A stretch of DNA of 64,000 nt from Candidatus Cloacimonadaceae bacterium (GTDB lineage: Bacteria; Cloacimonadota; Cloacimonadia; Cloacimonadales; Cloacimonadaceae), in contig JAUYAR010000094.1 of the NCBI GenBank assembly GCA_030693415.1, positions 10,061-74,060 of the forward strand. Reading direction: 5' to 3'. The notes under the pieces were generated by a model. It was not told the origin of the DNA, did not search any database, and worked only from the letters and a program-made list of their open reading frames with translations. The translations under genes were made by a program, and so were the position numbers. Every line of letters begins with the position of its first letter. Within the stretch, counting starts at the first letter, position 1. This document shows positions 50,367 through 60,333 of this stretch, piece by piece.

Positions 50367-51044
50367 ATGCGCGTCGAAATCCTGAGTCTGTTCCCGGAGT
50401 TTTTCAGCGGATTTCTGTCCTCGAGCATTGTTGCCCGCGCGATTGAATCCAAGGCGATCGACGTCCGGATAACCGATTTTCGCGCCTATAGCCAAAACAA
50501 ACATCGTAAGGTGGATGACTATCCTTATGGCGGATTTGCCGGAATGGTGATCCAGGCGCAGCCTCTATATGACGCGATCAACGATCTTTTGGAAGAGAGC
50601 TTTGCCCCAGTGGTCTATTTCAGTCCGCAGGGAAGAGTGCTCGATCAATCCATTCTCGGATACTATGCTTCATTGCCACGCGTGATCCTGCTCTGCGGTC
50701 ACTACAAGGAAATCGATCAACGCGTCCGCAATATCGCCGTCTGCGATGAAATCTCGTTGGGGGATTATGTCCTTTCCGGCGGAGAGATTGCAGCCTTGGC
50801 ATTTGTCGATGGTGTGGCGAGATTGCAGGAAGGCGTTTTGGGAGACATCAACTCCGCGCAAAGCGATTCCTTTTCAGACCAATTACTTGGTTTTCCCTGC
50901 TACAGCAGACCAGAGACCTTCATGGAACAAAGCGTTCCGGAGGTACTCCGAAATGGAAATCACAAGCTGATCTCAGACTGGGCGAAAGAGCAATCGATCA
51001 AACTCACCCGGACCAGAAGACCGGATTTGACTATCAAGAAATGA
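50367..51044 (+). CDS. trmD: tRNA (guanine37-N1)-methyltransferase
   Basis: 225 aa. ILSLFPEFF, VDDYPYGGFAGMV, LLCGHYKEIDQR and GDYVLSGGE are typical of TrmD. Confidence 0.9.
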   Translation: MRVEILSLFPEFFSGFLSSSIVARAIESKAIDVRITDFRAYSQNKHRKVDDYPYGGFAGMVIQAQPLYDAINDLLEESFAPVVYFSPQGRVLDQSILGYYASLPRVILLCGHYKEIDQRVRNIAVCDEISLGDYVLSGGEIAALAFVDGVARLQEGVLGDINSAQSDSFSDQLLGFPCYSRPETFMEQSVPEVLRNGNHKLISDWAKEQSIKLTRTRRPDLTIKK

Positions 51045-51700
51045 ACAGACTATACATCGCTTTGGTGCATTATCCTATTGTCAACAAGTGCGGTGAGCGG
51101 ATCATGACATCCATCACCAATCTGGACATTCACGACATCGCCAGAGCGGCAAAATGCTATGGGGTGATAAGATACTATATCATCCATCCCGATGGCGCAC
51201 AAAAAGAATTGCTGGCGTCGATCAGCAGATTTTGGCTGGAAAACACAGCGCTGCCCTACAATCCTGACCGCAGCGAAGCGCTTTCCATATTGCGCCAGGC
51301 AGACACAATAGATGAAACAATAGAATTGATTACAACGCAGGAAAAAATGCGGCCAATCATAGTTACGACGACTGCACGGAATTTGCCCGATCAGATATCC
51401 TTTGGGAGTTTGAAAACCAAATTGGAGAAATCGAAACCGGTTTTGCTGTTATTCGGCACCGGATTTGGCTTGTGTGATGAAGTTCATGACCAGGCGGATT
51501 ATACTCTTCAGCCGATTAAAGGCTTCGGAGATTTCAATCACCTTTCCGTCAGAAGCGCCGTTGCCGTCGTCCTCGACCGCCTTTGTTCCGATATCATATA
51601 TGGGAGGAACCATGGATATTCTGCACCAAGTTGGCAGAGACCAAATCAGAACCGACTTTCCCGATTATCGCGTAGGCGATACGGTCAAAGTCCACTATAA
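51041..51700 (+). CDS. predicted SPOUT-like RNA methyltransferase (PF09936-like, from memory)
   Basis: 219 aa. [39 protein letters not shown] resembles the trmD-linked predicted RNA methyltransferase family. ATGA overlap with trmD. The last ~30 codons overlap rplS. Confidence 0.5.
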   Translation: MNRLYIALVHYPIVNKCGERIMTSITNLDIHDIARAAKCYGVIRYYIIHPDGAQKELLASISRFWLENTALPYNPDRSEALSILRQADTIDETIELITTQEKMRPIIVTTTARNLPDQISFGSLKTKLEKSKPVLLLFGTGFGLCDEVHDQADYTLQPIKGFGDFNHLSVRSAVAVVLDRLCSDIIYGRNHGYSAPSWQRPNQNRLSRLSRRRYGQSPL

Positions 51701-51965
51701 AATTAAGGAAGGAAGCAAGGAACGCATCCAGGTGTTTCAAGGTATCGTGATCCAAAAACGCGGTGCCGGCGTTTCCAAATCCTTCACAGTTCGTAAAGTG
51801 TCAAACGGAGTGGGAGTCGAGAGAATCTTTCCTCAACACTCACCTAATATTGACAAGCTCGAGATCGTTCGTTTCGGCCAGGTGCGCAGAGCAAAATTGT
51901 TCTATCTGCGCAGCGCCAAAGGCAAAGCGGGCAGGATCAAAGAGCGTAGAAGATTCACTGCTTAG
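51612..51965 (+). CDS. rplS: 50S ribosomal protein L19
   Basis: In-frame ORF 51465..51965. ATG 51612 follows [35 protein letters not shown]...RRAKLFYLR is typical of L19. 117 aa. Confidence 0.92.
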   Translation: MDILHQVGRDQIRTDFPDYRVGDTVKVHYKIKEGSKERIQVFQGIVIQKRGAGVSKSFTVRKVSNGVGVERIFPQHSPNIDKLEIVRFGQVRRAKLFYLRSAKGKAGRIKERRRFTA

Positions 51966-51984
51966 TTACGTAATACTATCAAAC

Positions 51985-52024
51985 AAGCCCCTTTGCCCGA
52001 TCGCGGCGGAGGGGCTTTGGTTTT
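51985..52024 (+). terminator. likely Rho-independent terminator after rplS
   Basis: AAGCCCCT (51985-92) pairs with AGGGGCTT (52010-17) around a 17-nt GC-rich loop, followed by TGGTTTT. Confidence 0.6.
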
Positions 52025-52070
52025 GAAGAGCCATATACCTTTGAAGATAAAATCCAAGGAAGTAGCCACG

Positions 52071-52532
52071 ATGATCTACACTCATGACAATATCTGTTTG
52101 AAGATAGAGATAAAAGACGAAGTTATCGTCGGGATAGATTTCTGCTCCGAGGGGGATTGCGTTGCAAGCCCCATCGGGACTGCACTTGAGAGTGATATCC
52201 ATCTCCAGTTCGGGGAGTATTTTGAAGGACGGCGGGAAGATTTTGCCCTGCCCTACCTGCTTCAGGGAACTCATTTTCAACTTTCCGTGTGGCAAGCACT
52301 GGAAGAGATACCTTATGCCCAGACAGTTTCCTATTCATCCATCGCCCAGCAAATTGGGAATCCCAAAGCGGTGCGCGCGGTTGGCGGAGCCGTCGGATCA
52401 AATCCTTTACCTCTGATCATCCCCTGTCATCGTGTGATCGGCAAAAATGGTGCTATCGTCGGTTTTCGCGGCGGCACGGATATCAAACAAGCACTTTTGA
52501 ATCTCGAACAGAAAGGACAAGCTCACTCGTGA
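52071..52532 (+). CDS. ogt: methylated-DNA--protein-cysteine methyltransferase
   Basis: ORF 51993..52532. Active site IIPCHRVIG. ATG 52071 is chosen because the rplS terminator lies in the upstream part of the ORF. Confidence 0.8.
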   Translation: MIYTHDNICLKIEIKDEVIVGIDFCSEGDCVASPIGTALESDIHLQFGEYFEGRREDFALPYLLQGTHFQLSVWQALEEIPYAQTVSYSSIAQQIGNPKAVRAVGGAVGSNPLPLIIPCHRVIGKNGAIVGFRGGTDIKQALLNLEQKGQAHS

Positions 52533-52906
52533 TCTTCGGCATCGGCACGGATATCATATCGGTTCAGCGAGTTGCCAGGGTCATTGAAAGAAACCCTCGC
52601 TTCGTGGACAAGGTATTTACTACAAACGAGATCGATTATTGCAGTAAGAAAGCCAATCCGGCTCAATCCTACGCTGCCCGCTTTGCTGCAAAGGAAGCTT
52701 TGATGAAAGCCATCGGCTCCGGTTGGGACGGACGTATCAACTGGATCGATATCGAGATCATAAACGACTCCCAGGGTAAGCCGGGATTCTCCCTCCATAA
52801 AGCCACAAAAGGCTTTATGGAGGACAATGGTATTGATGGCACCCATCTTTCGCTTTCGCATGAAAAGGACTATGCCGTCGCTTTCGTTGTCCTGGTAAAA
52901 AATTAG
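52529..52906 (+). CDS. acpS: holo-[acyl-carrier-protein] synthase
   Basis: GTG 52529 (GTGA overlap with the ogt stop), in frame with ORF 52289..52906. IFGIGTDIISVQR...ARFAAKEALMKA...LSLSHEKDYAVAFVVL is typical of AcpS. 125 aa. Confidence 0.8.
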   Translation: MIFGIGTDIISVQRVARVIERNPRFVDKVFTTNEIDYCSKKANPAQSYAARFAAKEALMKAIGSGWDGRINWIDIEIINDSQGKPGFSLHKATKGFMEDNGIDGTHLSLSHEKDYAVAFVVLVKN

Positions 52907-52910
52907 TTGC

Positions 52911-52939
52911 TTGACAGTATTGTGAGTAAGTATTTTACT
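52911..52939 (+). promoter_or_regulatory. candidate sigma70-type promoter for adk
   Basis: TTGACA (52911-16), a 17-nt spacer, then TTTACT (52934-39), about 20 nt upstream of the adk RBS. Sequence match only. Confidence 0.3.
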
Positions 52940-52959
52940 GCACAGATTGAGGTAGATTT

Positions 52960-53592
52960 ATGAAATGCATCGTTTTTCTTGGAATCCAGGGAAGCGGAAA
53001 AGGCACACAGGCGAAGCTATTAAGCGATCGCCTTGGGTATCAGCATATCAATACTGGGGATTTGTTCCGCGAGCAGATCGGCAGACGGAGCGCGCTTGGA
53101 GAAAGAGTGAAAGCCAGTATCGGAAGAGGCGAACTCGTCTCCGACGAATTGGTATTTGAGATCATCGACAGCTCGGTTTTGCCGGATATGAAGGGTATTG
53201 TGTTCGATGGTTTTCCCCGCAACACGAAACAGGCTGAGTTCCTTGTCCGCAATTATCAGGTGCTTTGTGTATTTTATCTCGATCTTTCGGAAGAGGACGC
53301 CATAAAGCGCCTATCCTCGCGCCGGATGTGTTCTGATTGTGGAGTGAACTTTAACCTCATCAGTCATCCTCCCAAATCTGACGGCGTTTGCGACGTATGC
53401 GGCGGTGAATTGGTCACCCGTCAGGATGACAAACCGGAAGCGATCAAACAGCGGATGAGCGAGTTTTATCAACAGACTTTTGAATTGAAAGATTATTTTG
53501 AAGCCAGATGCTTGCTCAAGAGCGTCAAAGCGGAATCCGGCATCACGGAGATCGCCACTGAGATCAATGCAGCACTGAACCAAGAGTTTTGA
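52960..53592 (+). CDS. adk: adenylate kinase (zinc-lid type)
   Basis: 210 aa. P-loop GIQGSGKGTQ and a Cys4 lid CSDCGVNF...CDVCGGEL. Confidence 0.92.
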   Translation: MKCIVFLGIQGSGKGTQAKLLSDRLGYQHINTGDLFREQIGRRSALGERVKASIGRGELVSDELVFEIIDSSVLPDMKGIVFDGFPRNTKQAEFLVRNYQVLCVFYLDLSEEDAIKRLSSRRMCSDCGVNFNLISHPPKSDGVCDVCGGELVTRQDDKPEAIKQRMSEFYQQTFELKDYFEARCLLKSVKAESGITEIATEINAALNQEF

Positions 53593-53598
53593 GCCAAG

Positions 53599-55287
53599 AT
53601 GAAGGAACTATATCGTAAAGCCCTGAAACACATAGAATTCATCGCCTACCTGCTGGCGATCTGGAGTTTCTTTGTCCTGTTTCTGGAACCGATCATCAGT
53701 TTCTATATGAACTATCGCCGGGTGGAGGTTTACACCGCTCTGGCAAACATCGTGCTGCTGCTCTTGACCATCCTGAACCGAGCTTTACAGAAAGCTACCA
53801 AAGATCAACGCAAGATAATCTTCTTTGATCTGATCATGCTCTTGATGGGCTCGCTGCTGATGATCTATCAGGCAAAGTTCGTCATCTTCTTTTTGTTGAT
53901 CAGGCAGACCTATTTTATCCTCCAATACATCATCTTTCGCGCCTTTGAGGGCAAGCTTTACAAGGTGCTGACCGGCAATCCGCCGGTTACCTTGATGCTC
54001 AGTTTTGCGTTGGTGATCTCGATCGGGACAATGCTTTTGATGTTGCCGGCTGCCAATGTCCACAATCAAGTGACTCCGTTGGCAGACGCGCTCTTCACTG
54101 CCACCTCAGCCACCTGCGTGACAGGGTTGATCGTTCGTGACACCGGCACCTATTTCACTCTCTTTGGACAGTTGGTGATTCTGCTTTTAATCCAGATCGG
54201 CGGTCTTGGAATCATGACGGTATCGACGGCGTTTGCCATAGTTCTGGGGCAAAGGATCACACTCAAGCTGGAAAGCGTCATGCACAAAATGGTGGGCGGA
54301 ACTCAGCATCTGGACGTATTTTCGCTGTTAAAAAACATAGTGATCGTGACCTTGATCATCGAATGCATCGGCGCGGTGTTGTTATATCTCACTTTTTCAG
54401 GTATTTATCCGCCATTTCAGGCTTTCTATCTCTCTGTTTTTCACTCGGTATCGGCTTTTTGCAACGCCGGCTTTTCGCTATTTGACAGCGGATTGATGGC
54501 ATATACGGATAACGTGAACGTCAATTTGAGCATCACCGCCTTGATTTTATTGGGCGGCTTGGGTTTTACGGTCTTGATAGACCTGCACCGCTATCTTTTC
54601 ATCAAAGAAAAAATCAAAAAACTCAGCTTGCACACAAAGATTGTTTTGCTTACTTCCGGAGTCCTCCTGGCAGTGGGTTTCATCTCCTACTATGTGGCAG
54701 AATACAACGGATTGATGAGCGGTTTCACGATCTCCCGCCGGGTGCTAAGCTCATGGTTCCAGAGTGTCACCACCCGCACGGCAGGTTTCAATACCATCGA
54801 TACCGGAGGCTTGAGCAAAGCCTCGATTTTGATAACTCTGGTGCTGATGTTCATTGGTGCCTCGCCTGGTTCGACCGGCGGCGGCATTAAGACAACAACT
54901 TTTGCCGTGTTAGTGCTATCGGTTACTTCGATGCTGAAAGGCAAGCGCGACCTGGGCATTTACAACCGGAAACTGCCTCAGTCAAATTATCGCGAAGCCA
55001 CCAGTCTGATCACCCTCACAGTTGGGATCGTGTTTTTCATCGTATTCATATTGATGTTGGTAGAACCTCACGGCTTCGAGAAACTCCTGTTTGAAGCGAT
55101 TTCCGCTTTTGGCACGGTAGGTCTTTCGATGGGTATCACGGCGGATTTGAGCGTGGCGGGGAAGATACTTATCACCGTGCTGATGTATATAGGCAGGATC
55201 GGACCTCTGACGATGATCTATGCTTTCTCGATCAGGAAACACTATCTCAATGTAAACTATGCCGAAGAAAAAATTGCCATTGGTTAA
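53599..55287 (+). CDS. trkH: TrkH/KtrB-family potassium transporter membrane subunit
   Basis: 562 aa, polytopic. Repeated pore-loop Gly motifs (TATCVTGL, CNAGFS, RTAGFNT, GTVGLS). About 100 extra N-terminal residues relative to typical TrkH. Confidence 0.85.
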   Translation: MKELYRKALKHIEFIAYLLAIWSFFVLFLEPIISFYMNYRRVEVYTALANIVLLLLTILNRALQKATKDQRKIIFFDLIMLLMGSLLMIYQAKFVIFFLLIRQTYFILQYIIFRAFEGKLYKVLTGNPPVTLMLSFALVISIGTMLLMLPAANVHNQVTPLADALFTATSATCVTGLIVRDTGTYFTLFGQLVILLLIQIGGLGIMTVSTAFAIVLGQRITLKLESVMHKMVGGTQHLDVFSLLKNIVIVTLIIECIGAVLLYLTFSGIYPPFQAFYLSVFHSVSAFCNAGFSLFDSGLMAYTDNVNVNLSITALILLGGLGFTVLIDLHRYLFIKEKIKKLSLHTKIVLLTSGVLLAVGFISYYVAEYNGLMSGFTISRRVLSSWFQSVTTRTAGFNTIDTGGLSKASILITLVLMFIGASPGSTGGGIKTTTFAVLVLSVTSMLKGKRDLGIYNRKLPQSNYREATSLITLTVGIVFFIVFILMLVEPHGFEKLLFEAISAFGTVGLSMGITADLSVAGKILITVLMYIGRIGPLTMIYAFSIRKHYLNVNYAEEKIAIG

Positions 55288-55298
55288 GGGAGAATAAT

Positions 55299-56003
55299 AT
55301 GCCTCGCTATGCTGTAATCGGACTGGGAAGATTTGGAATGACGGTTGCCACAATACTGGCTGAGAACGGGTTGGATGTGATCGCAATCGATAAAAATCAG
55401 GCTATGGTGGATGACATTAGTAATAAGGTCACTCATGCGGTATGTATGGATTCCACGGATGAAAATGCCATCCGCATGCAAAATCTCTCCGAAGCGGATG
55501 CTGTGATCCTTGGAATTGGGAGCAACATTCAGGAATCGATCCTCACAGCCGCCATCCTTAAAAAGATCGGTGCTGGAGTGATTTATGCCAAGGTCGAGAA
55601 CCAATTGCACGGACGGATATTGGAACTGATCGGAGTCCAACATGTGCTATTACCCGAGGAAATGGTGGGAAACCAACTTGCCAAAACCCTGATCTCCAAA
55701 AACGTGTTGGAATATATCAATCTATCCAGCGGACACATCGTGATCGAATTGGTCGCTCCGCCTGAATTTGTCGGGCGCGCCTTGTTGGATATTGCCTTGC
55801 CCAGCGCTCGGGGCATCAACGTTATCGCCATCAAATACAATTATCTGTCCGTCACCGAAGACGGCACAAATATCATCGAGAAACGGTTAAACGACATGCC
55901 CGGCGCCAACGATATCGTCAATGAGGGTGACGTCCTCATCCTGCTCGGTCCCAAAAGCAAAATCGACAAACTCATCTACGACACCGCGACAAAGAAGGAT
56001 TGA
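55299..56003 (+). CDS. trkA: TrkA/KtrA potassium uptake regulatory subunit (RCK_N + RCK_C)
   Basis: 234 aa. Rossmann motif VIGLGRFG and a C-terminal RCK_C-like segment. Confidence 0.85.
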   Translation: MPRYAVIGLGRFGMTVATILAENGLDVIAIDKNQAMVDDISNKVTHAVCMDSTDENAIRMQNLSEADAVILGIGSNIQESILTAAILKKIGAGVIYAKVENQLHGRILELIGVQHVLLPEEMVGNQLAKTLISKNVLEYINLSSGHIVIELVAPPEFVGRALLDIALPSARGINVIAIKYNYLSVTEDGTNIIEKRLNDMPGANDIVNEGDVLILLGPKSKIDKLIYDTATKKD

Positions 56004-56004
56004 T

Positions 56005-56748
56005 ATGAAACGCTCGCTCAAATCCAGATATCACCTGCTCATCACGATTCTCTTGGGGATTGTCGTCCTTCAGGCTATGCTGATGCTTATATCACTGAGC
56101 ACAAGCACAAACCTGCGCGACCTCGTGAGTGACATGCAATCCATCATCATCATCTTCACCTTTGTTATCTTTGTCTATGTCGTTGTGATTTATAACTATA
56201 TACCCTATCGCCTGCGCAAAACCTTCAAGGAAGTAGGAGGCATCATTGAGGATATCTCACACGGAAAGTACAACATTGATATCGATTCCTCCACCCACGA
56301 TCAGGATAGCGACATTCAGGAATTGATCCTCGCCCTGCAGCGCATGCTAAATATTCTTTTCAGATTTGACCAGGTGAAATCGGACAAGATATTTGAACAT
56401 CATCAGCGCATTCAGCAATTGATCAATATGATGAAACAATCCGTGTTGATCACTTCGATCAGCGGAGATATCATCTATTGCAATGATTCGATCCGACGGC
56501 GTTGGACAATGATCTCAGAACGGGTGAATCTCAACGAACTGATCTTCAAGCATGATTTCAACGAAAGGATATTTTCCACAATGACAGATGCCCTACGTTT
56601 TGGCAACAGTCTCGTGGATGTCGGTTTCGAGGATGCCGAAGGAAAACAAAGCGCCTTGATCAACGGTTCCATCATCCGCAATCGCAAGGGAGCAGCAACC
56701 GGCTCCGTATTTATCGTAGATATCCGTGATAATGCAAAACAAAATTAA
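56005..56748 (+). CDS. membrane protein with HAMP-like linker and PAS-like domain, no output domain
   Basis: ORF 55921..56748. The start is set at ATG 56005 (M29), 2 nt after the trkA stop. Two TM helices, then YRLRKTFKEVGGIIEDISHGKYNIDID (HAMP-like), then a ~110-aa PAS-like fold (SVLITSISGDIIYCNDS...GSVFIV). Confidence 0.45.
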   Translation: MKRSLKSRYHLLITILLGIVVLQAMLMLISLSTSTNLRDLVSDMQSIIIIFTFVIFVYVVVIYNYIPYRLRKTFKEVGGIIEDISHGKYNIDIDSSTHDQDSDIQELILALQRMLNILFRFDQVKSDKIFEHHQRIQQLINMMKQSVLITSISGDIIYCNDSIRRRWTMISERVNLNELIFKHDFNERIFSTMTDALRFGNSLVDVGFEDAEGKQSALINGSIIRNRKGAATGSVFIVDIRDNAKQN

Positions 56749-57763
56749 CATTCTCTACGACAAAGAGGAAGCCATCAGATTGGATAAGTATCTGGCAGAG
56801 ATGCGGATACAAGAACTATACAGTCGCACTTTCATTGAACGTCTAATCAACGAAGACCGCATTCTGGTCAACAATATCCCGGTGAAAAAGAGCTATTTGC
56901 TCATTCACGGAGATGAGATCAGCATCAATCTGCCGGATCCCGAACCATGGCACATCGTTCCCCAAAAGATCGAACTGGACATCGTATATGAGGACGAGCA
57001 GCTGGCAGTGATCAACAAAGCGCCTGGCATGATCGTGCATCCCGGATATGGCAATCCGGACAACACTTTAGTCAATGCCATGCTCTATCATTGGGGCAAT
57101 AATCTTTCCACCGGCAGAGAGGCAAACCGGCCTGGCATCGTCCACCGGCTCGACCGCGGCACTTCAGGTCTGATGATCATTGCCAAGGACGACGCCACGC
57201 AAAGCCGTCTCAGTGATATGTTTGCCCATCGCGAAGTGAAGAAAACCTATTTGGCGATCACCACCGGAATTCCCGATCCAGGTGAAGACGCCATCGAATC
57301 TTGCATCGCCCGCTCAAACACCAATCCGCGTAAGATGTGCGTCGCGGACGAAGGGCGATGGGCGCTCACTATCTACAAAATAATCAAATACTTCCACTTT
57401 TTCTCACTTGTCAAAATCCAGCTTGAAACCGGAAGAATGCACCAAATCAGAGTTCATTTTGCTGAAAGAAATATCCCGATTCTTGGAGACCTGCTTTACA
57501 ATACCCGTAAACAGGTTCATTCCATCGTTCCCGAAAACATGAAGAAGAAAGTGACCGAATTGCTCACCACGCACCTTATGAGACAGGCGTTGCACTCTTG
57601 GCGGCTGGAGTTTACCAATCCCATCACCGGCATGGCGCTTGATATAAAGGTTGATCCTCCAGCGGATTTTCTCCACACGCTTGCATGGCTGGACAAATAC
57701 TTTGCTATTGACACGGATGGCATGGATATAAAATCGCTACTTATGTTGCAGGACACTTGGTAA
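56732..57763 (+). CDS. rluD: RluA-family 23S rRNA pseudouridine synthase (RluD-like, with S4 domain)
   Basis: ORF 56726..57763 (GTG); ATG at 56732. S4-like N-terminus (IRLDKYL) and catalytic [15 protein letters not shown]. Confidence 0.85.
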   Translation: MQNKINILYDKEEAIRLDKYLAEMRIQELYSRTFIERLINEDRILVNNIPVKKSYLLIHGDEISINLPDPEPWHIVPQKIELDIVYEDEQLAVINKAPGMIVHPGYGNPDNTLVNAMLYHWGNNLSTGREANRPGIVHRLDRGTSGLMIIAKDDATQSRLSDMFAHREVKKTYLAITTGIPDPGEDAIESCIARSNTNPRKMCVADEGRWALTIYKIIKYFHFFSLVKIQLETGRMHQIRVHFAERNIPILGDLLYNTRKQVHSIVPENMKKKVTELLTTHLMRQALHSWRLEFTNPITGMALDIKVDPPADFLHTLAWLDKYFAIDTDGMDIKSLLMLQDTW

Positions 57764-57767
57764 AAAT

Positions 57768-58991
57768 ATGATAAATGACACGGTAGAAAACGTTTTTGCC
57801 TCGATTGATGAAGCCATACGGGTCATCAAAAGCGGAGGCATGCTTATAGTTGTGGACGACGAAAACCGCGAAAACGAAGGCGATCTGCTCATGGCAGCGG
57901 ATTTGATCACGCCCGAGCAAGTGAATTTCATGATCAGTCATGGCAAGGGTCTGCTCTGCGTTCCCATGCGCGAGGAAGCTCTTGAGCGTCTCGAAATTCC
58001 TCTCATGACCACTGAAAACAGCGACCGTCACGGTACCAAATTCACCATTTCTGTGGATGCGGTTGAGGGAACTACGACAGGCATTTCCGCCTCCGAACGT
58101 GCCAGAACGATCCGAGCGCTTGCAGACGACAACAGCAAACCGGCTGATTTTATGCGTCCCGGACACATTTTTCCGCTTCTGGCGGAGAAAGGCGGTGTCC
58201 TGAAAAGAGCCGGACATACCGAAGCAGCCGTGGACATTGCATCAATGGCTGGACTGAAACCGATCGGAGCGATCTGCGAAATTATCCGTGAAGACGGTGA
58301 AATGGCGAGGCTGGACGATTTAATTCTCTTTGCCCGCAGACATGATCTCAAGATCATTACCATTGCCGATCTGATCCGTTGGCGACGTCACAAGGATCGC
58401 TTGGTGGAACGCGTCTCCATTGCAAAACTGCCCACTCGTTACGGCTTGTTTGACATCGTCACATATATCAGCACCGTATCAGACGAATACCACCTCGCGC
58501 TGGTCATGGGAGAGATCACCAAGGAAGAGCCAATCCTCGTTCGCGTGCATTCCGAATGTCTCACCGGGGACGCGCTTCATTCGCTCAGATGCGATTGCGG
58601 CGAACAGCTCAACCGTGCCTTCGAGATGATTTCCGCGCTGGGCAAGGGCGTCATTCTCTATATGCGTCAAGAGGGGAGAGGCATCGGTCTGCTGAACAAG
58701 ATCAAAGCCTATCACTTGCAAGACCATGGCAAGGACACCGTCGAAGCAAATATCGACCTCGGTTTTGCCGCCGATCTACGTGATTACGGCATCGGCGCCC
58801 AGATTCTCAAAGACATCGGAATCAAGAAAATGAGGCTGTTGACAAATAATCCCAAGAAGATCGTCGGTCTTCAGGGTTATGGACTTGAGATCATTGAACG
58901 CGTGCCGATCGAGATCGATGCCAACGAAGTCAATCAAAACTACCTACAGACAAAGAAAGACAAGATGGGGCACATCCTCGGTGAAATGTAA
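57768..58991 (+). CDS. ribBA: bifunctional 3,4-dihydroxy-2-butanone-4-phosphate synthase / GTP cyclohydrolase II
   Basis: 407 aa. The DHBPS part carries [13 protein letters not shown]. The GCHII part carries [10 protein letters not shown]...CDCG and [10 protein letters not shown]. Confidence 0.92.
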   Translation: MINDTVENVFASIDEAIRVIKSGGMLIVVDDENRENEGDLLMAADLITPEQVNFMISHGKGLLCVPMREEALERLEIPLMTTENSDRHGTKFTISVDAVEGTTTGISASERARTIRALADDNSKPADFMRPGHIFPLLAEKGGVLKRAGHTEAAVDIASMAGLKPIGAICEIIREDGEMARLDDLILFARRHDLKIITIADLIRWRRHKDRLVERVSIAKLPTRYGLFDIVTYISTVSDEYHLALVMGEITKEEPILVRVHSECLTGDALHSLRCDCGEQLNRAFEMISALGKGVILYMRQEGRGIGLLNKIKAYHLQDHGKDTVEANIDLGFAADLRDYGIGAQILKDIGIKKMRLLTNNPKKIVGLQGYGLEIIERVPIEIDANEVNQNYLQTKKDKMGHILGEM

Positions 58992-59607
58992 GATCATCAA
59001 CGTCATATTCGCGGTGTTGCTGCTCATTGCCTTGTCGCTCAGGGCAGTGGATTTTCCCCGTCCGGTCGGCTTTGTCAACGACTTTGCCGGTCTATTGAGC
59101 GAGGAAACCAAGACCAAGATCAATGACTGGGCGATCGAACTCAAGGAAAAGACGGATGTCGAATTTTCCATTGCCACTTTCGAAACCCTCGGTGGCATGG
59201 CCGAAAATGAATTTGCCGTCAAACTGATCGAGAGCTGGAAAATCGGCAACAAGGATGACGAAGGCGTGCTCATTCTCCTCGGTCTTAAGGAAAGACGCCT
59301 TAGGATCGAGCCTGGCTACGGTTCCGAACCTTACATTGTAGATGCCTTTGCGGACGAAGTTTATCGCGTAATGCGCGACTTTTTGAAACCAGGCAGCGAG
59401 GATTGGAATCAGGCATTTATCCAAGGCTCGCTGATGCTGATGGACAAGATAGCCAGGGAAAAGGGAGTCCAACTAACCGGAACGCCGCAGTTTCGATCCC
59501 AGAAAACGGGATCGAAAGGCAGTCCGATCCCCGGCATCATCATCTTTTTCGTCTTTGTGTTTCTGATGATCGTCCCCCGTGGACGCATACTCTACGTGTT
59601 TTTGTAA
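58981..59607 (+). CDS. TPM-domain (YgcG-like) protein, ending at an in-frame TAA before the usual Gly-rich tail
   Basis: In frame with ORF 58879..59607. GTG 58981 gives signal peptide [20 protein letters not shown] pattern [11 protein letters not shown]...[12 protein letters not shown]...[22 protein letters not shown]. One TM helix, then the stop. Confidence 0.7.
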   Translation: MKCKIINVIFAVLLLIALSLRAVDFPRPVGFVNDFAGLLSEETKTKINDWAIELKEKTDVEFSIATFETLGGMAENEFAVKLIESWKIGNKDDEGVLILLGLKERRLRIEPGYGSEPYIVDAFADEVYRVMRDFLKPGSEDWNQAFIQGSLMLMDKIAREKGVQLTGTPQFRSQKTGSKGSPIPGIIIFFVFVFLMIVPRGRILYVFL

Positions 59608-59745
59608 ATGATGATTTTTAGCGGCAGAGGTGGCGGAGGTTCTTGGGGCGGAGGCTCTACAGGCGGTGGTTTTGGTGGCTTTGGCGGTTTTGGCGGCTTC
59701 GGAGGAGGACGTTCAGGTGGTGGGGGAGCAGGAGGAGGTTTTTAA
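59608..59745 (+). other. 45-codon Gly-rich ORF in the same frame as the TPM gene, directly after its TAA
   Basis: ATGATG at 59608 encodes MMIFSGRGGGGSWGGGSTGGGFGGFGGFGGFGGGRSGGGGAGGGF, with stop TAA 59743-45. It resembles the C-terminal tail normally fused to TPM/YgcG proteins. Confidence 0.4.
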
Positions 59746-60329
59746 TGCTATTTCTTAAATCACTAACTTTTATCGTTTGGAATATCGCGCTCGGCTCGAT
59801 ATTGCTGTTTTGGTTGAATTGGTTTCTCTTTAATCGCAAAGCCAGATATTTCCTTGGTTTAAAGATTCCTCTCACCCCAGGACTGGTGGCGCGAAAGCGG
59901 GAATGGGTATTCAACAAAGCACGGGACATTTTGCATGGCTATCTCGATCAGGCGGAAAGCACCTTAAACAGGCATGGCTATCTCGCCAAATGGGAAAAGA
60001 TGGTGCAGGATATCGCGATGGAAAAACTGTCTTTCATTCGTGAGTGGAAATTCTTGCCCCACGGCTTGAAACTGAAAATCCAAAACACGATCGCGATCCT
60101 CGTCAAGGATATCGTCAGCCGTATCCTGCGCAAGAGTGTGCCTCACTTCATCGAACTATGGCGCATCGAACATCGCATCGACGAATATGACGACCAGTTC
60201 AGCATCGATTTCTTCTATAAATACTGGCGTAAATATGTATTGAAATACTTGTTTTATGCCTTCCTGGCGTTAAACTTCATCATCGGTTTGATGAACATGA
60301 TCTGGTATTTGTTCCTCGCTTTGTTCTAA
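59745..60329 (+). CDS. hypothetical membrane protein
   Basis: ORF 59643..60329. The first 34 codons are an out-of-frame reading of the Gly-rich DNA. The start is set at ATG 59745 (MLFLKSLTFIVWNIALGSILLF...). TM helices at both ends. Confidence 0.45.
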   Translation: MLFLKSLTFIVWNIALGSILLFWLNWFLFNRKARYFLGLKIPLTPGLVARKREWVFNKARDILHGYLDQAESTLNRHGYLAKWEKMVQDIAMEKLSFIREWKFLPHGLKLKIQNTIAILVKDIVSRILRKSVPHFIELWRIEHRIDEYDDQFSIDFFYKYWRKYVLKYLFYAFLALNFIIGLMNMIWYLFLALF

Positions 60330-60333
60330 GACA

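Noticed and set aside
57700-57767. An FMN riboswitch upstream of ribBA (and a TPP riboswitch upstream of the ThiY-like gene at 29468-29499).
   Set aside because: Only 4 nt separate rluD from ribBA, and only 32 nt separate the recombinase gene from the SBP gene. There is no space for either aptamer.
59605-59607. The in-frame TAA as evidence for stop-codon reassignment (an alternative genetic code).
   Set aside because: TAA clearly terminates other well-defined genes in this window at homolog-appropriate lengths, for example the 1819-aa gene at 8959-8961, the 1168-aa gene at 20303-20305 and ribBA at 58989-58991.
59643-59744. The Arg/Trp-rich N-terminal 34 residues of ORF 59643-60329 (MGRRLYRRWFWWLWRFWRLRRR...).
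   Set aside because: This is the +1-shifted reading of the GGN-rich DNA that encodes the Gly-rich tail. The credible start of the membrane protein is ATG 59745.
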